34,208 bases of DNA from Dehalococcoidia bacterium LH_S1 (GTDB lineage Bacteria > Chloroflexota > Dehalococcoidia > SZUA-161 > SpSt-899): contig JAGXOF010000003.1 in the NCBI GenBank assembly GCA_023660035.1, positions 1 through 34,208 on the forward strand, read 5' to 3'. Shown here one piece after another: positions 20,363 through 28,432 of this stretch. The position numbers and the translations under genes were made by a program. The notes under the pieces are model-generated. The model saw only the letters and a program-made list of their open reading frames with translations. It had not been told where the DNA came from and did no database searches. Position 1 is the first letter of the stretch. Every line of letters begins with the position of its first letter.

Positions 20363-20755
20363 GTGGAATCGCAATACTACTATGGAACCGGAAGAAGAAA
20401 AGAGGCAATTGCCAGGGTAAGGCTTTACTCGGGGAGCGGCAATGTTACTGTCAATGACAGGAGTTTTGAAGAGATATATAAGACAGAGCATCTTAGATTA
20501 AAGATTATGCAGCCGCTGATAGCGACTGACACGTTGGGGAAGTTTGATGTTGTGGCCAAAGTCAGTGGTGGTGGGATATCAGGGCAGGCCGATGCCATAA
20601 AGCATGGTGTCAGCCGGGCGCTGGTCGTGTTCGATGAGAACTTGAAGCCTGTACTCCGTAATCATGGATACCTTACCAGGGATTCCAGGATTAAAGAGAG
20701 GCAAAAGTACGGGTTGGTCCGCGCGCGGAAGAGGAAGCAATTCCGCAAGAGATAG
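20363..20755 (+). CDS. rpsI: 30S ribosomal protein S9
   Basis: GTGRRK, GGGISGQA, LTRD..KR end. Confidence 0.98.
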   Translation: MESQYYYGTGRRKEAIARVRLYSGSGNVTVNDRSFEEIYKTEHLRLKIMQPLIATDTLGKFDVVAKVSGGGISGQADAIKHGVSRALVVFDENLKPVLRNHGYLTRDSRIKERQKYGLVRARKRKQFRKR

Positions 20756-20766
20756 TTTAAAGAGAG

Positions 20767-21282
20767 ATGTTGGATTCTTCTGTATTAGTTCTAAATCAGA
20801 ACTATGAGCCACTTAATGTCTGTCGAACGAAACGAGCGGTGGTGCTGGTTCTTGGTGGCAAAGCGGATGTGATCGAAAACAACTCCAACATTGTACGAAG
20901 TCTCTCATTCTCAATGACTGCTCCTTCGGTGGTTCGTCTCAATCATTTAGTGAAACGTCATCGTCGCGATGTAAAGATTACACGACGGAGAGTGTTCATC
21001 CGTGACCGATATATTTGCCAGTATTGTGGAAAAGAGACCAGTGATCTTACCCTTGATCACGTAGTTCCTCGCCGTTTGGGAGGGGGACATAGTTGGGAAA
21101 ATATAGTGAGTGCTTGCAAGACATGTAACCAGAAAAAGGCAGGACGTACCCCGCAGGTAGCGGGGATGAAGCTTTTACGGAAGCCCTTTCGTCCTCCCCC
21201 GGTTGACTACTATGTCTTCTGTCCTTTTCATGTGCCAACCGAATGGCAGAAGTACCTTAGCTTGCCCAGGTCTGGCAATTGA
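20767..21282 (+). CDS. HNH endonuclease (McrA-like family)
   Basis: VLVLNxxYEPL, RDxxxCQYCG, TLDHVVP, WENIVSACxxCN. Confidence 0.9.
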   Translation: MLDSSVLVLNQNYEPLNVCRTKRAVVLVLGGKADVIENNSNIVRSLSFSMTAPSVVRLNHLVKRHRRDVKITRRRVFIRDRYICQYCGKETSDLTLDHVVPRRLGGGHSWENIVSACKTCNQKKAGRTPQVAGMKLLRKPFRPPPVDYYVFCPFHVPTEWQKYLSLPRSGN

Positions 21283-21338
21283 ATGTTGTGGTGCGCGTTG
21301 CTGGGTTGTCGATTAAGATGTTAATATAGGAGGCGCAT

Positions 21339-21411
21339 GGGGCTGTAGCTCAGCTGGGAGAGTGCCTCAATGGCATTGAGGAGGTCGGGAGTTCGAATCT
21401 CCCCAGCTCCA
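21339..21411 (+). tRNA. tRNA-Ala(GGC), CCA not encoded
   Basis: GGGGCTG/CAGCTCC acceptor stem with G3-U70, anticodon arm cctca-atGGCat-tgagg, GTTCGAAT T-loop. Confidence 0.97.
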
Positions 21412-21428
21412 TTTTGTACCAAAATGAG

Positions 21429-21785
21429 GTAACAGGTAAGTTTTCCAAAAAAGTTCTCTCAGTGGCGCGCGTATGAGTCTGGTTTGAAAACCGGGCTGCT
21501 CTCCGTTTTCCAAGGAACCTGAGTGGTCCTAAGCCTGTTTTAAGGAATGGTGGTAGTTTTGGCTCTGGCAACTCGCCAAATGAAGTCAAGGTCTTTATTG
21601 ATAAAGCCCTGAAGATATCCAGTGGCTCAACATCGTTCAAGACGCCGGTTTCGACAACGCTCATTAGCACTGCCTCATTGGAAGCACCCGAGTCCGAACG
21701 GTTGCCGAAGGTCAGCTTCCTCATGATAACCATAGGCCTCAAGTGCCGCTCAGCCCGATTATTGGTGGGCTCGACCGATGGGTAG
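21429..21785 (-). mobile_element. IS66-family remnant (right end plus C-terminus of TnpC)
   Basis: PTNNRAERHLRPMVIMRKLTFGNRSDSGA; GTAAC terminus at 21429. Confidence 0.8.
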
Positions 21786-22380
21786 ATGTGGTACACGGCA
21801 CTCAGTAAGGATGAGCCTGCCGGCAAGCCACTTTCTCGTTGTCAGAAGGTGAGGGTAAAGCTTACCCTGTTCTCCTCCGATGATCTCTCCGTCACCGAAC
21901 CGGAGAAACGCCGTGAGCTTCTGGTGCATCGTCTTCTCTGGGAGGCATAGGAGCAGAGGGCCGTTCTTACCGTGGAGGACCTGGTCCATCTGCTTATTAC
22001 CAGCGAAAGGACCATTAGCCGCATCCTGGCCACCTATGTCAAGCAGGATATCTTCATCCCGACGAGGGGACGTGTTAAGGACATCGGCCCGGGCATCTCT
22101 CACAAGACCCAGGCAGTCCATCTCTATCTCAAGGGGCTTACCCCTACCGAGGTCGCCACCCGCCTGGGACATGACCTTTCCTGTGTTGAGCGTTACCTGG
22201 ACGATTTCTGCGTGGTAATGATGGGGCTAGAGGATGGCTCTCCACCATGCGCATTGCCCGCAATACTAGGCTTGTGGAGAGGCTTGTGGAGAAATACGCC
22301 ATCCTCTACCGCAGATACTCCTCCCTGCCTGAGTGTGCTACGGTCATGGCCCGGCTCCGAGAGCGTCTGGCCTACCTGCT
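21786..22380 (+). pseudogene. DUF1670-family protein remnant (TAG at 21948, frameshift near 22239)
   Basis: EPAGKPL..EQxAVLTVEDL..SERTI..PTRGxxxDIGPGISHK..HxxxxVERY. Confidence 0.7.
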
Positions 22381-23442
22381 TATAGTTAAGTGCATAATCC
22401 TCCATAGCAAGGGAAGGCGGGAGAGGAATTTATCTATCCATGACTTGGCGAAGATCAGCCTTTTGGATAGACAATCAAACGTATGTCCTACTATTTGCTT
22501 GAAATTATCCAGATGTTTTACAAAACTTACAGAAACGACCCTCTTTATGCCCTTCCAGATAAACTCTATTGGATTGAGATTTGGGGAATATAGCGGCAGA
22601 TACGTCAGATATATCCCCATGCCTTCTGCTTCCTCTCGCACTCTCCTGGCCTTGTGAGTGGAGAATGAGAAACCCTACAAAGCTCTCTGTTTTTGAATCG
22701 GCTGTAAATTCTCGAACACTCGTGCCCCTTAAGGCGTAAAAGCCCACTGTGTTAGCTTTCATCTTCTGCGTGTTTTTCTGCATCTCCGGTTTGCCAAAGC
22801 TCCATACCCTTACCGTGTTGGCTGTGAGTTGTGGTGCACTCTCATCTGCAAACCCAAGGGCTATTTCCTCAAACCAGTCGCCTTTCACCTCCATCAAATA
22901 CTTGTAACTTAACTCCAACTGGCTACCCAGTAACTCCTCTGCATTATCCGGCCTTCTGTAATCCTTCGGATACGGCTTGGAGAAATTCATCCTGAGCTTG
23001 TCTCTCAGAATCCTCCTTACCTGGTGCTGAGATAATCTCACACCAAATCTCTCTGCTATAAGGTCCACAACCTCTGAGGTTTGCCAATAGTCCTTCTCCT
23101 TAAGTAGCTCCTCCAGACATCTCACGTTCTCATCACTAAGCTTTGATGACCTGCCTCTTTCTGAGTTATGCTTGAATAGCAGCCCATCATATCCGTCTTT
23201 GTTTCACTTTCTTATCCACACATAAGCTGTAGAATGAGGCACATCGAACAGCCTCGCTGCTTGCTCAAAAGATGTCTTGCAGTTTGCTAAAGCGTTCAAG
23301 AGCCCGAGCTTCTTCCAAACAGTGAAGTCCACCTCCCTTTTCAACAATTCCTCTACAAGTTCAGGATCATTTATCTGTATCTTGTCTCCCTTCATAATGG
23401 CTTAAGTATACCTCATTATGGAGCTTAATGCAACTTACTATA
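22381..23442 (-). mobile_element. Second IS630-family element; transposase inactivated (TGA at 23204-23206, deletion near 22665)
   Basis: TIRs tatagttaagtgcataatcctccata and tatagtaagttgcattaagctccata (reverse complement); DESAPQ, LPLYSPNLNPIEFIW. Confidence 0.85.
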
Positions 23443-23698
23443 ATGGGGACTTGAGTGATGCTATAGCGAGTGATAGTATCGGGATAGTCAGTGACTGTAG
23501 CCCTGTTCGGGGGGATGTGTGTGGGGTGGTGGGGAACCCTCCTGTGGCAACCGAGCAGTTTTTGGGCGAGGCTGTTCTGCTAGATGATGTCCTAAGGTGA
23601 AGGAAACAGTGGTTGTGGAGAAGTTCTTGGATATTCCTGAATTGGGCAGGTTTGTCCTTGTGAAGGACAGGAACATTGGAGCTGGGGTGGTATTATAG
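23443..23698 (+). pseudogene. C-terminal remnant of a CysN/EF-1alpha-like GTPase
   Basis: DSIGI..RGDVCG..PP..FLGEAVLL, then in another frame VVVEKFLDIPELGRFVLVKDRNIGAGVVL*. Confidence 0.6.
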
Positions 23699-23724
23699 GG
23701 TAACTGATTCGCCTGAGAGGATGC

Positions 23725-23769
23725 GAGTTTGTTGAGTTTATAGAGTTCCTTGAGTTTGTTGGGTTGGTT
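23725..23769 (+). repeat. Five imperfect 9-bp tandem repeats (gagttNNtN)
   Basis: gagtttgtt gagtttata gagttcctt gagtttgtt gggttggtt. Confidence 0.7.
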
Positions 23770-23810
23770 CATAGCTGATGGCTGATATAACGCAGTGAAG
23801 GAGGTGTTGG

Positions 23811-24587
23811 GTGTTTTTGGTTTTAGGTATTGATGCAGCTACATGGACGATCGTGAGTCCGAATCTGGACAAACTCCCCAACTTCCAGAGACTTTCCAAT
23901 ATGGGCAAGGCCAAGGAGGTTACCCTGAAGGAGAAACCCCTTTCCGCCCCTATCTGGTGTGGCATGTTCTGTGGGAAAACCCCCGAAGAGCATGGGCATG
24001 AAGCCTTTGTCGCAGGCGGGGATATCGTAAAGAGGGAGAACATCAATGTAGACTTCATCTGGGATATCCTTGACAGGGAAGGCAAAAAAGTCCGGGTGAT
24101 GAACGTTCCCTTCGTGATTCCTCCTTATTCCTTCAATGTCGGCTTCAAGCCCATCGGCTTTGGTCTCCCGACCAATGAAAAGGAGTGGTGGGAAGAATTG
24201 CAGACGGTCACGGAGAAGACAAAGGAATTGATGGGAGAGAACCCCGATGTTTTGATCTCGGTATATTCACTTTTGGACAGGATTCAGCATTTCCACTGGG
24301 GCGAGGATTGCGTCCTGGAATGGTATGAAAGGGTTGATGAAAAGCTCGGCGAGATCATGGACACCGGATTTCTGGACAACGCAAATAACAAGCTCATTGT
24401 CATTTCCGACCACGGGTTTTGCTCCTTTGGCGATGCGAAGGTCCAGACTTTGCCTGAACAGACGCCTGAAGGCACTCTCAAGGGTGACCATCACGAGAAT
24501 GCGTTGGTGATAACAGTCGATGTCGACTATGAGATAGAGAGGCCACAGGACGTTTTCTATGCCATCAGAGAAGCAGTAGGGTGGTGA
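23811..24587 (+). CDS. Alkaline phosphatase superfamily protein (type I phosphodiesterase/nucleotide pyrophosphatase-like)
   Basis: LGIDAATW, SxPxW, DRIQH, SDHGF, GDH motifs. Confidence 0.85.
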   Translation: MFLVLGIDAATWTIVSPNLDKLPNFQRLSNMGKAKEVTLKEKPLSAPIWCGMFCGKTPEEHGHEAFVAGGDIVKRENINVDFIWDILDREGKKVRVMNVPFVIPPYSFNVGFKPIGFGLPTNEKEWWEELQTVTEKTKELMGENPDVLISVYSLLDRIQHFHWGEDCVLEWYERVDEKLGEIMDTGFLDNANNKLIVISDHGFCSFGDAKVQTLPEQTPEGTLKGDHHENALVITVDVDYEIERPQDVFYAIREAVGW

Positions 24588-24607
24588 GAATGGTATACTC
24601 AGGCTCT

Positions 24608-25351
24608 ATGTTCGATGGCAAGGTGGCTGTTGTCACCGGCGGTGGCAGGGGGATCGGAAGAGCTATGGCCCTCGCTTTTGCAAGGTGTGGCGCCGATGTG
24701 GCAGTGGCTAGCCGGACCGTTTCTGATCTGGAGGAGGTGGTTGAGGAGGTGCGTGCCTTGGGTCGGCGCTCTCTGCCAGTCCAGACGGACATAACAGTGA
24801 GGGCTGACGTTGACAATATGGCGTCGAAGATCAAGGAGGAAGTGGGCACCATCGATATCCTGGTTAATAATGCGGCCACGAATGTGATGCGCAAGCTCCT
24901 GGACCTGCGGGAGGACAAGTGGGACCAGATCATCGATACCGATCTCAAGGGATACTGGCTTTGCAGTCAGGCTGTGGGCAAGATCATGGTGGAGCGAGGA
25001 AGAGGTTGCATAATAAACATATCCTCTACAGCTGCCCAGAAGGCGGCAAATGGCATGGGGGCATACTGTATTGCCAAAGCGGGTGTGGTCATGCTGACGC
25101 GGGCGTTAGCCCTTGAGCTGGCGTCCTCCAATATCAGGGTGAATACCATAGCCCCCAGCATTGTGAGAACCGAGTTCAGCAAGCCGATATGGAGCAATCC
25201 AGAGATGCTGTCCAAAGTAGCTCCGGATATTCCGCTGGGGCGCATCGCCGAGCCCGAGGACGTGGCGGAAATGGCCCTTTTCCTTGCCTCCGATACCTCA
25301 AGCTATTTGACAGGGCAGACTGTTTATCTGGATGGGGGGATATCCGCTTAG
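24608..25351 (+). CDS. Classical SDR oxidoreductase
   Basis: TGGGRGIG, NNAA, YxxxK (YCIAK), IRVNxIAP. Confidence 0.93.
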   Translation: MFDGKVAVVTGGGRGIGRAMALAFARCGADVAVASRTVSDLEEVVEEVRALGRRSLPVQTDITVRADVDNMASKIKEEVGTIDILVNNAATNVMRKLLDLREDKWDQIIDTDLKGYWLCSQAVGKIMVERGRGCIINISSTAAQKAANGMGAYCIAKAGVVMLTRALALELASSNIRVNTIAPSIVRTEFSKPIWSNPEMLSKVAPDIPLGRIAEPEDVAEMALFLASDTSSYLTGQTVYLDGGISA

Positions 25352-25455
25352 GCATAGTTATTCTGGACTTGATCCATAATCTTCCGCCGAAGGCGAACAC
25401 AAGCATGTGGGAGGTCGGGCTAGTAAAGCAGGGAAGGACAATAAGGGAAGAGCAG

Positions 25456-25965
25456 GTGACAACAGGCAAACTGCGGCGCATTATCGATGGTTCCTATCTT
25501 CCATTAGCCTTGAGGCTCGTTCTGGGAGTCATTTTTATCACAGCGGCTGTGGGTAAGCTAGCCTATCCGGCTCAGTTAGCCGCCGAGGCTGAGGTTGTGG
25601 AAATATATGCCGGCCTTTTCCTCTGGCTTCCTTACAAGCTCGTTTCCGCCTACATGGCGGTCCTTCCCTGGGTGGAAGCTGTACTGGGCGCTTTCCTGGT
25701 GTTGGGGTTGTTCCCGAGAGTCTGTAGCGCTATCTTTATCCCGATAGTCCTGAGTTTTATCGGCGCCAACGCGGTGTTGTTCCGGGGTGCTCTCGGTACA
25801 CATGAGGAATGTCCTGATTGCTTTGGAATGCTGTATGTACTTTCGCATGAGCTTGCGCTGGTGATAGATATACTGATGCTGGCGGTGGCTGTTCTGATCG
25901 TGCGCAGCCGTTCCAATTTTCTCAGACTGGACCTGTGGTTTCCCCGGCGTTATCTCAAATGTTAA
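25456..25965 (+). CDS. MauE/DoxX-family membrane protein
   Basis: RLVLGVIFITAAVGKL, LPWVE, CPDCFG, four hydrophobic segments; start uncertain. Confidence 0.75.
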   Translation: MTTGKLRRIIDGSYLPLALRLVLGVIFITAAVGKLAYPAQLAAEAEVVEIYAGLFLWLPYKLVSAYMAVLPWVEAVLGAFLVLGLFPRVCSAIFIPIVLSFIGANAVLFRGALGTHEECPDCFGMLYVLSHELALVIDILMLAVAVLIVRSRSNFLRLDLWFPRRYLKC

Positions 25966-26803
25966 TCTCCATCCCGTCGTAGGCGAAGCTGATTCTCCCG
26001 TCTGCTGATTCCAGAGCACTATAGTCGTCGTAGCTTCTGTTCCAGTATTCTTCCAGGTGGACGAAAAGCACCTGCCTGGCCCCAAGGCGTTCTGCCAGTT
26101 GCAGGGTATCCTCGAACGTGTAGAGAGTGGTTCTGGAAATGTGATCGGGTGGGTACTCGAAATCGTGTTTTAATCCCGTCTCGAATATCCCCGGCTGGAT
26201 AATGAGCAGGTCAGGTTTCTGGACCTCGATGCGGTGTTCCGGGAAGGGCTTTATATCGCAGGGAGCGTAGACTACCCTCTGCCCGTTCTGCTCGAAGACG
26301 TGTACGAAGGAGATCTGGGAACCGCCGTCGATGGGGATGGCCGTGATGTGCACGTCTTCTACCTGGATTTCGCCTTTAAAGATTTCGATGTAAACGAATC
26401 CGCTCTCCCTGTAGAAATCGATCACAGGTCCGTATTGAGACTGTATTGACGCTATGCGTTCAGCAAGTTCCTCCTGGAGCAGCAGGCGGATTTGCTTTTC
26501 CGGATAGGCTTTCCAACTGCGGAAGTCGAGGGCTATCTGCTCTACCACTCGAAACCCCTCTACATGATCGGGGTCAAGGTGACTGAAGATGAGGCTGTCG
26601 ACGCGGCGGATGTCTTCCCGATTCAAAAGCCCTGCGATCTCTGCGGGCGTGTCTATCAGCAGGTTGAGATCATGCAGAAAAGCAGAAGGACCTGCCCTGG
26701 AATAAGGGAGGCCCTTCTGTCTCGCTTCCTGACATATTCTGCATTGACAAAGCGGCTTGGGGATAGGTGAGCATCCGCCGGAGCCCAGGATTGTCCACTT
26801 CAT
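25955..26803 (-). CDS. PhnP-like metallo-beta-lactamase-fold hydrolase
   Basis: LGSGG..P..CxCxxC, LLIDTP, variant HLDPDH. Confidence 0.82.
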   Translation of the reverse strand: MKWTILGSGGCSPIPKPLCQCRICQEARQKGLPYSRAGPSAFLHDLNLLIDTPAEIAGLLNREDIRRVDSLIFSHLDPDHVEGFRVVEQIALDFRSWKAYPEKQIRLLLQEELAERIASIQSQYGPVIDFYRESGFVYIEIFKGEIQVEDVHITAIPIDGGSQISFVHVFEQNGQRVVYAPCDIKPFPEHRIEVQKPDLLIIQPGIFETGLKHDFEYPPDHISRTTLYTFEDTLQLAERLGARQVLFVHLEEYWNRSYDDYSALESADGRISFAYDGMEINI

Positions 26804-26810
26804 ATTGCTA

Positions 26811-28289
26811 CTATTTGAAGGGGTCCCAGCGAATCGTCTGTTTCTCATAGGCAGCCGGGAATTGCCTCAGGAACTCATCGTAGTAGTATAGTTCCTTGAA
26901 TGTGGCAAACGGCATGCCGTAGTACGACTTGGGAGTCTCTTTGATTCCCTCGGGATCCACTACCGTGGATACTATCCTGTCCATGACATCATCAATGCCT
27001 GTTCCCATGGCAAATCTCAGTTTCTCCCGTTTGTAAATTCGCTCGGGGAGCATGTCCTTAAAGGCTTCTCTCAGGATATACTTCTCCGTCTGATTCTCGC
27101 CGTAGATCTTCCATTCCATGGGGATTTTACGGCTAAAGGCCAGCACTTTCGGGTCCAGGAACGGGGTCTGGTAGACGATGCCGTTGGCCATCCACCCTCT
27201 ATCCAGACGCCTGAGTGCCGTATTATACGCTATAGCCAGCAATTTCTTAGCGAGTTCCTCTCTGTGCTCATCGCTGGTCACGTGCTCGCTTTTCAGCACC
27301 ATGCGATATCCGCCGAACAGCTCGTCGGCGCCTTCACCGACCATAATGCTGTCACAGTATTGCTTGGCCATTTTCGAGACGTAGTAATTGGCGATCACGC
27401 CGGATATGCAGTCTTCATCAAAGCTCTCCAGGTACCATACTGCTTGGGGGATGAACTCGGATATCTCCTGATCTGTAATGTGGTAGATATTGTGTTCAGC
27501 TCCCAGGAATTCGGCCATAAGTTTGGCATTCTCGAGGTCTGGAGCGTTAGCGCTTTCAATAGCACCGGTGAAGAGATGCAAGTCTTTATTGTACTGCTTG
27601 GCTACCGCTGCGATAATGGAGCTATCCAGTCCGCCACTAGCCGAGACGGTGTTTACGCCCTTCATTCTTTTCCGGACTGCCTCTATCATGAGGTCCCTTA
27701 GCACCTTCGTTGCATGCTCCAGGTTTTCAGGCTCAGGAACATCAGCAAAGTATGGCTCAAATGGCTTTAAGCCGTCTTTGGTGCTGTATATGTGCCCGGG
27801 AACTAGCTCATGCATATCGAAGCGGATGTTGCCTATAAGCCCTTTCATCTCCGTGCTAAAACAGAAAAGGTCATTCTCTGTTCCGTAAAAGAGCGGCCTG
27901 GCTCCCACTGCGTCGCGGGCTATAATCGTTTCTCCGTTGTCCACCACGGCGCAGCAGTAACTTCCTTCCATATGCGTGAAGCAATTCTTGCCGTACTTTT
28001 GATAGTACTCTTTGAAGAGCTCTGTATCGGTCTGGCCCTCGGGTCTTTCATTGAACAGCTCTCCGTCAAAGAGGATATAGGGAGCTCTGGCGACTGCTGC
28101 ACACTGCGTCCTTTCAGGTGTCAGATTAACTTCAGCTGCTCCCAGTGCTCCTGTCCTGTCAGGGAGGGTCTGGACGATCTTGTTGTCCGGTCCACGGTGG
28201 TGCATCAGGTTAACCGCTTTCTGCACCTTTTCTGTCGCTTCTGTAAGCTGCTTTCCTTTTGTCGATATTATTCCAGCTATCGCTGCCAT
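26811..28289 (-). CDS. Asparagine-synthetase-like ATP-dependent amide ligase lacking the glutaminase Cys
   Basis: HRGPD, ARDAVGARPLFYG, SGGLDSS, GEGADELFGGY, PFLD; N-terminus MAAIAG. Confidence 0.88.
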   Translation of the reverse strand: MAAIAGIISTKGKQLTEATEKVQKAVNLMHHRGPDNKIVQTLPDRTGALGAAEVNLTPERTQCAAVARAPYILFDGELFNERPEGQTDTELFKEYYQKYGKNCFTHMEGSYCCAVVDNGETIIARDAVGARPLFYGTENDLFCFSTEMKGLIGNIRFDMHELVPGHIYSTKDGLKPFEPYFADVPEPENLEHATKVLRDLMIEAVRKRMKGVNTVSASGGLDSSIIAAVAKQYNKDLHLFTGAIESANAPDLENAKLMAEFLGAEHNIYHITDQEISEFIPQAVWYLESFDEDCISGVIANYYVSKMAKQYCDSIMVGEGADELFGGYRMVLKSEHVTSDEHREELAKKLLAIAYNTALRRLDRGWMANGIVYQTPFLDPKVLAFSRKIPMEWKIYGENQTEKYILREAFKDMLPERIYKREKLRFAMGTGIDDVMDRIVSTVVDPEGIKETPKSYYGMPFATFKELYYYDEFLRQFPAAYEKQTIRWDPFK

Positions 28290-28356
28290 TCACACTCTCC
28301 TTTCGTGTCGGTTCTATGTCCACATATTTGTTACTTGCTCTCTTTCGCCAGACCTT

Positions 28357-28384
28357 CTGGATTCCGGCTTTCGCCGGAATGACG
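28357..28384. repeat. REP-like palindromic element
   Basis: ctggattccggc-tttc-gccggaatgacg. Confidence 0.7.
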
Positions 28385-28432
28385 AAATTGCCACGCCTAA
28401 AAAGACGCAATCCTATCGGGTGAACGCTTGCT

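Noticed and set aside
5692-21238. Many minus-strand and alternate-frame ORFs over the ribosomal cluster (e.g. 7409-7954, 12818-13462, 19186-19941)
   Set aside because: Shadows of confidently identified genes with no recognisable motifs
21350-21826. 158-aa ORF as an intact gene
   Set aside because: Chimera of DUF1670 antisense, IS66 C-terminus and tRNA antisense
21948-21950. In-frame TAG in DUF1670 as pyrrolysine readthrough
   Set aside because: The gene is also truncated and frameshifted, and TAG terminates many core genes in the window
23725-23769. CRISPR array
   Set aside because: 9-bp units with no spacers; no cas genes or repeat-spacer structure anywhere in the window
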